Assembly: GCF_018350175.1 (NCBI RefSeq)
Contig: NC_058368.1
Span: 52,515,815-52,576,000 of the forward strand
DNA from: Felis catus
Lineage: Eukaryota
Reading direction: 5' to 3'
Length of the DNA: 60,186 nt
Numbering within the stretch: the first letter of the stretch is position 1; each line of letters starts with the position of its first letter. The translations under genes were made by a program, and so were the position numbers. Shown in pieces: positions 12,245 to 24,022 of the stretch. Below the pieces are notes generated by a model. That model was not told where the DNA came from, made no database searches, and saw only the letters and a list, made by a program, of their open reading frames with translations.

Positions 12245-13117
12245 TTTTAAAAATTATTTATATTCAGGATAGTTAGCATATAATGTAGTCTGGGCTTCAG
12301 GAGTAGAACCCAGTGATTCATCTCTTAATGTATGACATCCAGTGCTCATCCCTGAAAGTGCCCTCCTCAATGTCCGTCACCTATTTCACACATCCACCCA
12401 CCCACCCACCCACCCACCACACTTCCAGCAACTCCCAGTTTGTTCTCTGCATTTAAGGGTCTCTTGGGTCACCTGGGTGGCTCAGTCAGTTAAGCATCTG
12501 GCTTCGGCTCAGGTCATGATCTTGCAGTCTGTGAGTTGAAGGACCACATCAGGCTCTGTGCTGAAAACTCAGAGCCTGGAGCCTGCTTTGGATTCTGTGT
12601 CTCCCTCTCTCTCTGTCCCTCCCCCGCTCATGCTCTGTCTCTCTCCCTCTCAAAAATAAATAAACATTAAAAAAACATTTTTCAGAGTCTCTTATGGTTT
12701 GCCTCCCTCTCTGTTTTTATTTTTCCTTCCCTTCCCCTATGTTCATCTTTTGAGTTTCTCAAATTCCGCATATGAGTGAAATCATATATCTTTCGTTTTC
12801 TGATTGACTCATTTCTCTTAGCATAATACCCTCCAGTTCCATCCATGTTGTTGCGAATGGCAAGACTTCTTTCTTTTTCCTCACCAAGTAGTATTCCATT
12901 GTGTATGTAAACCACATCTTCTTTATCCATTCATCAGTTGATGGATATTTGGGCTCTTCCCATAATTTGGCTATTGTTGAAAGTACTGCTATAAACATTG
13001 GGGTGCATGTGCTCCTTTGAATCAGCATTTTTGTATCCTTTGGATAAATTCATAATAGTGCAATTGCTGGGTCATAAGATAGTTCTATTTTTAATTTTTG
13101 TAAAGGAACCTCCATAC
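12245..13117 (-). mobile_element. 5'-truncated carnivore/felid L1 (ORF2 C-terminus plus 3' UTR), interrupted by a SINE
   Basis: ORF 12759-13028(-) translates to the L1 ORF2p C-terminus (CTPMFIAVLSTIAKLW...PSTDEWIKKMW...TMEYY...FATTWMELEGIML); CATTCATTTT on both flanks. Confidence 0.95.
12466..12683 (+). mobile_element. CanSINE nested in the L1 3' UTR
   Basis: Full SINEC; TSD AGGGTCTCTT / AGAGTCTCTT. Confidence 0.95.
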
Positions 13118-13639
13118 AAACTCATTCATTTTAAGTAGCACACACTTGGGCTGGCTACCTTTTCTTCTTCAGTAAATGTTGAATTAAAAAGCCTTTTGAA
13201 TAACAGCCTTCCAAAACAGCATGTTTCCTTTATCACAAGCCATTGAAGTCTGGGGGTAGAGGCACATGTGTTGTAGCTATGAGCCATTTCTTCACTTTGG
13301 ACTCAGTTGTCCTAACACCACTCACAAGCCATGCCTTCAAATCTGTTACATAAATGCATGTGCCACCTAGTAGAATTCCAACACCATTACAGCAATTATG
13401 TTTGGTGAGAGCATTATTAAGAAAAGGAATGCCTTGATGCCTTGGGTTCTACATAACTACACATACAAAAAGTTTTACTCGCATATTTGGTGATCCCTTT
13501 CTACGGTTCTGTGCAATTCTTGCCTGTGCTGTTTATTATTACCACTTAATGCTAAACAGTAATTATTACCACTTAATGCTAAACGGTACGCTGGAACATC
13601 AAGTCCTCTCATATTTTAATGTCATATGTATTAAACTGG

Positions 13640-13950
13640 ATTACTCACAACCACCACGGTGACTTTTCTAAAGCACAAACTCCATTATGATTATGTTCTC
13701 ATAATTTAAAGCTCCTCACTGTCTTTTCACGGCCTATGGGACCAAGCCCAACCCTCCTATGTGTTTTATAAAGTCCTTCCCTACTTGGCCTTTGGCTAGT
13801 TTTCTAGTCTTTTCTAGGACCAGAAAACCTAATATCCTATGTCCTAGTTCTGCATATGCTATGTTGCTACTTGTGACTACTTAAAGATGCAGGTGCTTCA
13901 CTTTGTTTCGTACCAGAACCCCTTTGCTCCACTCCACCCCATCCACTTGG
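13640..13950 (+). mobile_element. L2 fragment; further L2 sequence at ~14480-14700
   Basis: CACGGTGACTTTTCTAAAGCACAAAC...AAGCCCAACCCTCCT...TATAAAGTCCTTCC. Confidence 0.55.
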
Positions 13951-14120
13951 AACGTCTTTCACTTTCCTTCAGCATCCCCTACCCCAGACAATCCCCAATT
14001 TTGTACTTTTTACTCTGTGAGCTATTACTTCTACCTTATTTCTGTCTTCTCAGAATCTTGAATGGTTTTCTGGCCCATGATACACATTTCAATATATACA
14101 TGATATTAAATGAACTGAAA

Positions 14121-14469
14121 GGGCACCTGGCTGGCTCAGTTGGTAGAGCACACGACTTTTGATCTCGGGGTTGTGAGGTTCGAGCCTCACATTGGGTGGA
14201 GAGATTACTTAAAAATAAAATGTTTCATGGGTGCCTGGGTTAAGTGTCTTACTTCGGTTCAGGTCACGATCTCACCATTGGTGAATCTGAGCCCTGCATC
14301 AGGTTCTCTGCACTGATGTTACAGACCCTGCTTGGGATTCTCTCTCTCTCCCTCTCTCTCTCTGCCTCTTCTGTTCTCTCTCTCTCTCACTCAAAATAAA
14401 TAAACTTAAAATTTTTTTAATTAAAAAAAATCTTTCAAAAAACTTTTTTTAATTTATAAAAATAAAATA
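14121..14469 (+). mobile_element. Short, older tRNA-like CanSINE (no CT tract) with a second SINE in its tail
   Basis: GGGCACCTGGCTGGCTCAGTTGGTAGAGCA...GGTTCGAGCCTCACATTGGGTGGAGAGATTACTTAAAAA; outer TSD AAATGAACTGAA at 14108-14119 and 14470-14481. Confidence 0.9.
14228..14422 (+). mobile_element. CanSINE nested in the previous SINE's tail; A-box region deleted
   Basis: GGGTGCCTGGGT joined directly to TAAGTGTC; TSD AAATAAAATGTTTCA / AAAAAAAATCTTTCA. Confidence 0.9.
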
Positions 14470-14889
14470 AAATGAACTGAATCTCAGTGTCACGTCCTCC
14501 GTGAAGCTTTGGCTAACCCTCTTTTCTACTGAAATGAAATCAACCGGCTCATCTCTGTGTCTTTACCATACCCCATTCATTAGCCAGCAGGCTATCTCTA
14601 ATAATCACACTGCTGTCTTCTCTATCAGTCTATAAATTCTTTTAAGGATTCTGTTTTATGCTGTATCTCCCGTGTCTAGGTTAGTGTCTGGAATAAAGTA
14701 TCATGACACAAGGTTAGAATCTGGCAGTGGCATTGGTATCAGATATAAGGATTGTAAAAGAGAACTTCCAACTGCCCATAACAATATGACTTAAAATATG
14801 CCATCAAGGACCACCTTTATATTATCTTTTCTACTTGGTGTAACAGCATAAAATAAAAAAAAAAAAAAAAGAGGCGATAGCAATAATGT

Positions 14890-15240
14890 ATTCACTCAGC
14901 CAAGTTTATTGATCACTTTTTCTGTATAAGATCTGACCTCTGAATCCAAAGAGATTACAGTTCAAAGAGTAGGACGTGTACACAAACCATCACTATACAA
15001 GGAATCCTATAAATACTCTATAAGGGCTAGAAAAGTTCAGAAGAAGTAAATAAAAAGGGTTTCGCCCGGGTTGGACCACAGAAAGCTCAGAACAAAGGTG
15101 GCTTCTGAGCGTGATTTAGAAAGGACAGTGAAAGTTTTAAAGACGATAACAAAATGTGGAAAGCATTTCAGAAGGAAAAACACAATCACTAGCAATGACG
15201 TGGGGGAGGAAATTGGAACTTGAAAAGGAGAAAACAGTCA
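14890..15240 (-). mobile_element. L2 fragment
   Basis: TTCACTCAGCCAAGTTTATTGATCAC...AAGGTGGCTTCTGAGCGTGATTTAGAAAGGA...AAAGCATTTCAGAAGG. Confidence 0.55.
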
Positions 15241-15249
15241 CCAATAGCA

Positions 15250-15400
15250 CTGGCATGGTTTTGAAACAGGGATCAAGCATAAATCACTTACGTTTAAACA
15301 TAAACCCCAACTCCATGTGTGCAGGTTTTAGGTCAATAAGTCTCGATAGAGCTAATAATACATCTCTTGAAAAGGTTCCCTGGTGATTCTGAGGCCAATC
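15250..15400. mobile_element. MER5-like hAT-Charlie fragment
   Basis: TGGTTTTGAAAC...AAATCAC...AAAAGGTTCCCTGGTGATTCTGAGGC. Confidence 0.5.
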
Positions 15401-16462
15401 ACTGGCAAAGGGCGTGAACGTCCAGTAGGGGCTACAATTTTGGAGAGGGAGTGGCCAGTGGGGATAGGAGTCAACTCTTAAAGATTTAGAATTTTAAACT
15501 GGGAACCATCATTCCTCCAGAAAGTTAAAATCTAAGTAGATTTAGAGAGATTGGACACTCAAGACAAACATTGGGTTAAGTACCAATGAGACACTTTGGG
15601 TTAAGTACCAATGAGAGATACAGACTAGGAATGTTAAAGAATTCAGACACGAACTGATTTCGTTAGGGAAGACCTGACGAGCAGGTCATGACTGAGCCTT
15701 GAAACATTAAATCTGGGATGGCACGTGTCTGAGCATGACTGACAGCTCCTTCTCAGCCTATACTGGACATATTTAGGCAGGACAGTCTTTCCCACTGAAC
15801 TCAGACTGAACTTCAGAATCATTCTCAACACAGCACTAACCCACTCCTTTTGATCGGAGTGGACCTGCAAGCTGAAATTCTTTGCCATTCCTGATATTAG
15901 TCAGCAGGAAAAAAAAGTCAAATGCATTTCAGGCCGCGGTAAAAAACCGTGAGACAGAGTAGAGGCAATCAAGTTCACAGCATGTTTTTAGGCTCAAAAA
16001 TAGCAATCACGTAGGAGAGAAATAAGAGAAAAAATTAGAATGGTAGACACAGGCCAGATTCTTAAGGGCTCAAATATTTTTATGCTGATTTCTGATTACT
16101 AGAGTGCCAGTATCCAATTGCATTTTAGTATAATGTTCTATTTGCACACTCATGTCTATTCTTTATTTACTAGACTATACTTGAAGTTGCATGTGAAAAA
16201 GAAATGTACTGTCTTCTTTAGCCTTCAGCCTCTTATTTCTGTGTTCTGTCTCTTCCTACAATGATGCCACTCACCCATGCAATGTCTCTAGATATTTTTT
16301 CCCTTCCCTGAAGCCCTATTCCCACACGGTTGAAAACTTCTCTGGCCAAAGGTAAGAGCAAACTCTCACTAAAATGTAAATGACTGATATGATTGAAAGC
16401 ATGAGCATTCTCCCTGTTTCAAGGGCACTGGACTTTTTCGGCAAAGAACCAGAGACTTTAAA

Positions 16463-16673
16463 CAGAGTTTCTCAACCATGGTGCTATTACATTTTGAACC
16501 AGGTCAGTCTTTGGAAGGTTGTCCCACACATTGGAGGACATTTATCAGCATCCTTGGCCCCCTCTGCCCATCAGATTTCAGTAGCAACCCTCAGTCATGA
16601 CAATCAAAAATGGCTCCAGGCATTATCAGATATCCCCAGGGGGGAAAAAATTATTGCTAGTTGAGAGTCTCTG
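16463..16673 (-). mobile_element. MER20 hAT-Charlie element, full length
   Basis: Termini CAGAGTTTCTCAAC...GTTGAGAGTCTCTG; internal CAGCATCCTTGGCC and GACAATCAAAAATGGCTCCAGGCATT. Confidence 0.9.
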
Positions 16674-17804
16674 AGCTAAATAAATAAATCTCATAATATG
16701 AAATTTCTTCCAGATGAATACTCCTGAAAGCTCTTTACTAGGCAACTAATAAAGGTGACCCTGACTAGATAGACCAACAAGTCTTACTGGCTGTCAAACT
16801 AGCAACGGCCACGGAAGCTTTAAAAACCCAATGGTTTCTTTTTGAAAGGGTTTCTTGGTATCAATTCAAATAGAAACAAACGTATATCGACATTTATACT
16901 GACATCCCATGCATTATCATTGGGTTAACGTCTGGGAAGACAAGTTTTGCAAAACATTTTGGTAAAAGACACTTTGTATAAATAAAGACAAATAGAGGGT
17001 TTCAGGCAAAACATGAGGATCTTGTCAGTATCTCCCGTGAGCCATAAGTGGTCTGACATTCTGATTTGACAAAGATGAGGCTAATACCAAATATATTTCA
17101 ACGTGTGTTGGGAAGTATTTCCCATGCTTTTGAACATCAGACAATCAATATATTGGCTGCCTCTCAAGAAGTGCAAATATATATACTAAAAATTTGGGTT
17201 TTTTTTCTAATTCCTACTATTCTCTTTTTATATTTTTAACATCATAATGCACATTCCCAATGGTTAATTAGTAGAGTGAGACATATGTCAGAGAAAATCA
17301 CGATTTCTCTGGTGGCACTAGGATTGCATGTTGGTGAATGCCAAGACTGCTTTACATCAGAAATCTCTGAAAAGTAACTACCTCAACCAGCCTAAAGTAG
17401 TTTTCGCCTCTTAGCTACACTTACTTAGCAGTTATCTTAATTCTACCTCATGCTATAATAGAACTATTCAACAGCCTTTGATGAACGTATACAAGTCATT
17501 TTTTTTATAAGTTAGTCTATATAATAATGAGTGTTCCATAACATCTCTTGACTAGTGGATGTAATGTACCTTAAACTCACACCAAACTAATAAGAATCAC
17601 ACCAAACTAATCACACCAAACTAATAAGAATTATAACAGATTTCAACTCTTAAGCTAAGGATTTGGATTTTAAAGTGACAGCCATTGTTCCTCCAGAAGC
17701 TTAAAATCTAGTTAAAGATGTCAGACTATCAGAAAAACATTGGCACACTTTGGGGTAAGTACTAAATGAAATACATATAGACTATGTATGCTAAAGAAAT
17801 TTTA

Positions 17805-18025
17805 GGGGCGCCTGGGTGGCGCAGTCGGTTAAGCGTCCGACTTCAGCCAGGTCACGATCTCGCGGTTCGGGAGTTCGAGCCCCGCGTCAGGCTCTGGGCT
17901 GATGGCTCGGAGCCTGGAGCCTGTTTCCGATTCTGTGTCTCCCTCTCTCTCTGCCCCTCCCCCGTTCATGCTCTGTCTCTCTCTGTCCCAAAAATAAATA
18001 AACGTTGAAAAAAAAAAATTAAAAA
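17805..18025 (+). mobile_element. Young felid SINEC_Fc-type SINE
   Basis: Perfect TSD TAAAGAAATTTTA at 17792-17804 and 18026-18038. Confidence 0.98.
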
Positions 18026-18144
18026 TAAAGAAATTTTAATTATGCCTTAGAAAGGACTAAGTATTATGGATTAAGTATTCTTAGTAAGGGCTAAGATTAT
18101 AGATTAAAGAAAAACTTGACTACTATGCAAACTTCATCAACAAA

Positions 18145-18407
18145 CGGCATTCCATAGTGGTTGAAAGTCTTAACTCTACGGCTATAGAGCCTGGGTTCAA
18201 ATCCTACATCCACCCTTACTAGCTGTGTGATTTGAGGCATATTGCTTAAACTCTCTGGGCCTCCATTTTCTTTTCGGCACAATAAGTATAAAAAGATTTT
18301 TTTTTGAAGGCTTATGAAGAGGATACAAGGGTTAAATAAATCAGTCCATGCAATGTGCTTAGAACAATGGCTGGCACGTAGTAAGTAGTACGTGAGTGTT
18401 TGCTGCT
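18145..18407 (+). mobile_element. MIR, near full length
   Basis: CATAGTGGTTGAAAG...CCTGGGTTCAAATCC...CTTACTAGCTGTGTGA...GTGCTTAGAACAATGGCTGGCACGTAGTAAG. Confidence 0.9.
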
Positions 18408-18439
18408 TTCATTAAAAAGAAAACAGTGCAAGGTGCCTG

Positions 18440-18675
18440 AGAGGCAGACTAGTAGAATGGTTAGGAATGCTCATCTTGGATGTGATCTGAGTCAGAACAC
18501 TTGCCCGCTGTGCGGCTTTGGACAAGTCATATGACCTTCCTGAGCCTCAGTTTCCTCATCTACATAATGGGGATAATGATTGTTCCTCCTTCTTCCGGTT
18601 ATTTGAGAAATAAACTTCCTAGTGCACATTAAGTGCGTGGCCTTCTGCCTGTCACAGTACTGAATAAATGTTACA
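18440..18675 (+). mobile_element. MIR, second copy in tandem
   Basis: Core CTGAGCCTCAGTTTCCTCATCTACATAATGGGGATAAT; ends AATAAATGTTA. Confidence 0.85.
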
Positions 18676-18734
18676 AATGAGTGTTTGCATGTGTATTAGA
18701 AATAGGAGGGGAAGAAAGAGTACAAACATTTGTC

Positions 18735-19110
18735 ACTTGGACAAACAGTTACGTAGTGGTAGTGCCTCCTTTGTGCTAGGCAGTTGCAGATACAAAGGTG
18801 AACGAGACATTGTCGCTGGCCTCAGGGGGCCTAGGCTCTGATGGGAGGTCCCAAAGTTCTAATCAAGTTGTCTGAAATTTGAGACAGACCATAATTTTCA
18901 CAAGTGTATTCTGTTAATTTATAAAGAGCTCTATAATATCTAATCTCACGATACTATATAATCTGTCTAGGGTTGTCCTTTGACTTCTGGAGCTACTTTT
19001 CACTCATCTGTTCATTTATTCCTGCGAGTGATATTTATCGAATATCTGCTCTGGGCCAGTGATGGTGCTGGATTGGGACATAAAACAGTGACTAGAACAA
19101 GCATAGCCTT
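18735..19110 (-). mobile_element. Two short L2 3'-end fragments (~18735-18850 and ~19005-19110)
   Basis: GTGCTAGGCAGTTGCAGATACAAAGGTGAACGAGACA; TTCATTTATTCC...GATATTTATCGAATATCTGCTCTGGGCCAG. Confidence 0.6.
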
Positions 19111-19424
19111 GAAACAGGGAAATTAAGATCCTGGGGAATCGTGATGGAATGAATGCATGCAGGCATACTAAGAGAGTATTGGAAGGAAAGGAGAACATTC
19201 GCAGTAGGAATGAGTTTGATTCGCATCCATTCACAGTAATATATTAAAGAAGGGAGAATGCGGAAAACACTGTGTACATCCTTGATAACTTTAGAAACAA
19301 CACAGTCATTGTTGGGATGCTTTGTTAAAGTATGGCAATTCTAGAATGAAGCTACGTAAAGAGCATTCAGTCATGACTGCAAATGTATCATGTGGGAGTC
19401 TGAATGGTTGAATTCTTGTCCTCT

Positions 19425-19670
19425 GATAAGAAAACCAGACCAGGAGTCATGATATCTGACTTCTGATCCCGACTCTACCATTAATTATCTGTGTGACCTT
19501 GGACAGGCTCACAGCCTCTGTATATATCTTTGTTTCTGCATTCTTGCAGAATGGGGACAATGTCTTGCATGGGGACAATGACACTGGTACATACTGTTTC
19601 ACAGGGCTGTAATAAAGGCTCAAGGTAGGGGATATATAGAACTGTCTTTAAAACATAGCACAAATGAAAG
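19425..19670 (+). mobile_element. MIR
   Basis: GACTCTACCATTAATTATCTGTGTGACCTTGGACAGG...GAATGGGGACAA...TCACAGGGCTGT. Confidence 0.75.
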
Positions 19671-22600
19671 GCACCAAGACATTTTAATTAAAAAGAAAAA
19701 TCATAATAAGGGATCCGCTAAGAGAAGGCAGAGATATTATTACTTTAAAGACAAATAATTTTTCTAAATTCCGCTAAAAGCCACGTGTTGGTTCTTCATG
19801 GTCTAAATAATACTTTACTTGGTGATTGTTCTGTGCACTGTGGGGAGGTCAGCACTGACGAGCACCTTGCAGGCCAGGTAGGGCTTGCGTTCTCTTTAAT
19901 GCAGACAGCAGCCGTGGAGGTGCGAGGCCGGCTTTCATGGCGCCCGGCAATACGAGCCATCTCCTTTTTCCTCTCTTCTCTGAATGTTGAATGATCTGCA
20001 ATGAAAAACTAACAAGCGCCTGTCAAATCTGAAGCCTCAGCTTTTCTGACAGAAGGTCCACTGGACTTTCTTATCAAGAGAGCCTTTATAAGGAAACTGG
20101 AACTCTCTCTCTCAGAAAGGAAACAGAGCTCATCAGAATCTCTGGACCCTTGACTTAGAGGGCATGCTGTCTCCGATGAAGGTCTTTTGATCATGGGGCT
20201 TTTTTATTCAGATTTGACTTCACATTATGGCTAATCAATACCTCGCAACTGTCCAAGCCCCCAGTCAGACGCACGTCTCTCCATCAGGCGGGGAGGCCTC
20301 CTAATTGAGGAAAAGTCAGAGACCTAGGTACCAAGCCCTCGGGCCATAGTCCGGAGCCCGCTCTCTCCTTTCATAGCATTCTAGGGATGGTGGAAATAAA
20401 ACTTAGAGACATGACAGGCACAGCTAAGAAGGATCAATTCCTGTCACTTGCCACCAGTGTTTACTGCTTCCCCAGGTCTTCAGAGGGTGTTTTCCTTTCA
20501 TAGCTTAGGGGAACTTAACCTTTTAAAAATGGGAAGGTGGTTTCTTCATGAATTTTAAATTATTTTTTCTCATATGTCTACCATTGTTGATTAGATTAAA
20601 ATGATGATTTGCTTTCTTCCCCCCAAATATCGAATTTTGTTGAGTCATAGTTGGGGGAAATATAAATTGGAGTTCCAGTGTTCGCAGTGACGCATTGAAG
20701 GGGCCATAATAGTGACAGCTTGGGTAATAACGCATCTAAGACAATTAGCACGTTCTCATGACCCCAGTGTTGAACAGGAAGTGGAGATAAATTTCTATTC
20801 TCACATTTGTCACTGATATTAGGCAAGCTCCTTACTTACCTAAAATTTATTAACGGAGGTAAAATATCTTGGTGCAAATGTAAAATATATGGCCATTATC
20901 TCCACTTATTTCTTCCTATATAAATACTATATACATAAATATCTACAGAAGTAAAGATTATTTTTCATTTCTCAATTGCTCGAGTATCCTTCAAACGTGA
21001 CCAATTTCTCTGTAATTAAACCATAAGACAATACACTTTTGAGAACATTATAAGACATTTACATAAAAATTCCTAGATCATCAATAAAAAGTCTACGATT
21101 TTATTGCATTTGTTCATGACCAGTAAACATGTTTTTTAATACTAAACTTCTTGGTTTATGACAGCCTTAGACATACCTAAAGGTGTCTTCCCTTCAACCC
21201 CAAAACTACCACTGCCAAGGAGTGAAACATTTAGTCATTCAGCCAACCAGTATGTGGTAAAGTTTCACCTGACCCGGGTTAGCTATTTCCCATTCCCTCT
21301 GCCATAAGCTTGCATCCATATGAAATTGACTAAATTGGGAGGGGGGAGTATTGGATAGATACGGGTCTCATTCCTTAATATTATCCTGAAACGAAATTTT
21401 TACTCAAACTAACAACTTGCCTTTTAAAAGACAGAAGTTGAGGCTGAATGAAATTAACTAGAATGTTTAAGGAATTAAATATGTATACTTGGGGGTTCAG
21501 TGATTAAATAAAGTTATGCTTCCCCCTCAAGATTTTTACCTATGAGATCTCTCTAAACTATGCCACATATTCTTGCCTTACTTAGGACAGTTTGCTGAAT
21601 GGACTCTATTTTTCTTTGATGAATGATGAAAGACTTCAAAGTCCTTTGGGCTTGGGAATCATTATTTTTAACCTCAGCTCTTCCTGAACAAAAATGTGCG
21701 CATAAAGTTCTGGAAAATCTAGTAGTATGGATATCAATCCCCAGGACATAGTCTGGAAGTTGTTTTGTTGTTTTATTAAACCTCCGTTACTCATTTAATT
21801 TCTTTCCACTTGCCTCTTTTCTCCTAGGCTGAATGCAAAAAAAAAAAAAAAAAAAAAAGTGAGTTGAGTGAAGTCTCTGGTTAACTAGGTACTCATCAAT
21901 CTAGATTTTTCTTATGCTGTGTCGACATTTTAAACAACATTGGTATGAGCTGAGCAATTTTTATAAGTTGAAAAAATATATAGAACCAAACTAACTTCAA
22001 AGAAACCTGACTGTATGTTGAACAAAACACCTTCTGGGGAATGAAAAGCTCAGCAGCATAAGAGAGCTGACCCGTGTGCCCCGGTCCAATGATTCATAGA
22101 ATATACCCATACTTAATAAAAACCCTTCTTCTTCAAGTCCTGGAATAGGTCATTGCCTTCTCTGGGCTTACAAAAAAATCTGTATATTTTAACTCAGGTA
22201 CCCATCATTACTCTGTTACAGAACCATCTACGTGTTCCTTCTGAAATTGTTGTATTGCTGAAAAGAGTTCAAGGCTTTTGGTAATGAAGTATTATCTCAA
22301 TATGGTAATGTGATTTTGATATCTAGTCTGTAGTGTGATTTTGATATTTCGTCTCCCACTTAGCTCTAGAATTTGGAAGACTGCATTGTATTTGGGGGCT
22401 CTAATTATACCTGTCTATCTTTCCAATAAGATTCCATTAATTACATTCCATTCTTTCCACTTTGATATCTCATTAAAATCTTATAAATGATCATGCAGTG
22501 ACCTTGAAGGCTATGCATAATACATGAAAGTAAACCTGCAGTAAAATGTATTCTTTCACTCCTGACTGCCTACATCCCATGCTTCTTTTCTTCTCCCAAG

Positions 22601-23689
22601 CGACTCCAGTTGGGAGAGTTTTGCTAACTGAGCCAAGGTATGCAGGGATGCGCACATCTCCCAGCTCCAGTATCTTTCTTAGTCATGACAGCTGCAATAT
22701 GTTAATGGCTTCTGTTTGGATGTGATGGCCCGGTTACTACTTAGGGCACTATGCTAATTAACATAGGATGGCAACAACAGGTGCAAATGTCATTTTACAT
22801 CAACATCATGCACATGCAAAGCTAGCTAGCAGCCCAGAAGCAAGCCAAGCAAATGTTAACTTGAGTCAGCAGCCTTGCAATCTCTGAACAGATCTTCTTT
22901 AATGCCCGTGATTAAAGGATTCACTGTTGCTTTTTTTCCCTGCAAGAATGGTATTTCTGAATATGAGGATGTCTTTATAAGCTTTTAAAAGTTATGATTC
23001 AACAAAACGCACTTCTACAGCAGATCAAGTAAAATGCATAAGGTCTGTATTTATGGCTTCCTTACTGAATAAAAGTTCTACTGAGCCACGTTTATTGCAC
23101 TAAGCTCCTTACGAAAGGGACACTGTTTTGCACAGAGTAAAATCCTATCATTTGGCATGGGGTGATTTTCCCAGTGGAATGAATGCATTTTATTTTATTT
23201 ATTTGCATATTTATTTGGAGATTGGTTCTTTTAGATCATATTTTTCTTACATTTTAATGTAATGAAATTGAAGAAAAGTAGAAACAGAAATTTCTCTTAG
23301 TTAAGGCACTGTAATTTGAGATCTTTTGTAATGTAATTTGTAACGTGAGCTCTTTTGTTACCCCACAAAAGGGGAAACTCATAGACACTGACATCTTAAA
23401 TAAGTAACAAATAATCATTCATTCTCTAAGACATAATTTATCATAATTTATACCAAATGATTAATTTAATTTTAATAAGGATATTTAAGGATCATTAAGT
23501 AACTGTACAAATTATCCCCAAAAAGGAGTTTTGCTAGTTTAGTTTTAACAATTTGAGTTCTGTGACATTTATATTTATGAAACAATCCAAGAACATTGGA
23601 GATAAAAAAAAAAAAAAGAAAAAAAGGATGAAGAAATCCTGATGAAAACACACACACACCTTATGGATTGAATTCACTACTTTGGTCCA

Positions 23690-23770
23690 CTACTCACTCT
23701 GCTTGGCCACGTCGCTTTCTCTCTGAGCCTCAGTTTCCTTATCTGTAAATTGGGGATGTTAAAGACATTT
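23690..23770 (+). mobile_element. MIR core
   Basis: CTCTGAGCCTCAGTTTCCTTATCTGTAAATTGGGGAT. Confidence 0.75.
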
Positions 23771-23859
23771 CAGGTGCTAGGGGATGGCAATTTGGATTCT
23801 GAATTGAATTCAATTCAGAAAAATGTGCATTTTGTTTGCATCCCTGCCATAGTGTTACT

Positions 23860-24010
23860 GAGTATCCTGTAATTATCTTTACATGTCAATGGCACATACG
23901 CTTTAGAGCTCTCCAAAGCTGTACCTATGTCAGATTTACCTTTTATTTCCAATACCTCACACAGTGCTGGACCATAATAGGTTTCAAAAAATACACGATG
24001 CATGGATTTG
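23860..24010 (+). mobile_element. L2 3' end
   Basis: TATTTCCAATACCTCACACAGTGCTGGACCATAATAGGTTTCAAAAAATA. Confidence 0.55.
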
Positions 24011-24022
24011 TAAATAATCTAT

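Noticed and set aside
12759..13028. 89-aa ORF with real protein similarity
   Set aside because: It is the C-terminal remnant of L1 ORF2p in a 5'-truncated copy and cannot be a functional CDS
14121..14200. tRNA-like sequence with A and B boxes
   Set aside because: It has a SINE-type 5' leader, A-rich tail and TSD, and lacks a proper acceptor stem, so it is a CanSINE head rather than a tRNA gene
17577..17630. Three short direct repeats, superficially CRISPR-like
   Set aside because: No unique spacers, eukaryotic context and no cas genes; a slippage duplication
1523..18008. Recurrent ORFs such as GAPGWRSRLSVRLQPGHDLAVREFEPRV (1523, 7105, 17784) and MAQSVK..TSAQVMIS elsewhere, which look like a paralogous protein family
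   Set aside because: All are translations of CanSINE bodies, not genes
20831..20915. Strong minus-strand donor AG|GTAAGT
   Set aside because: The upstream candidate exon has stops in all three frames
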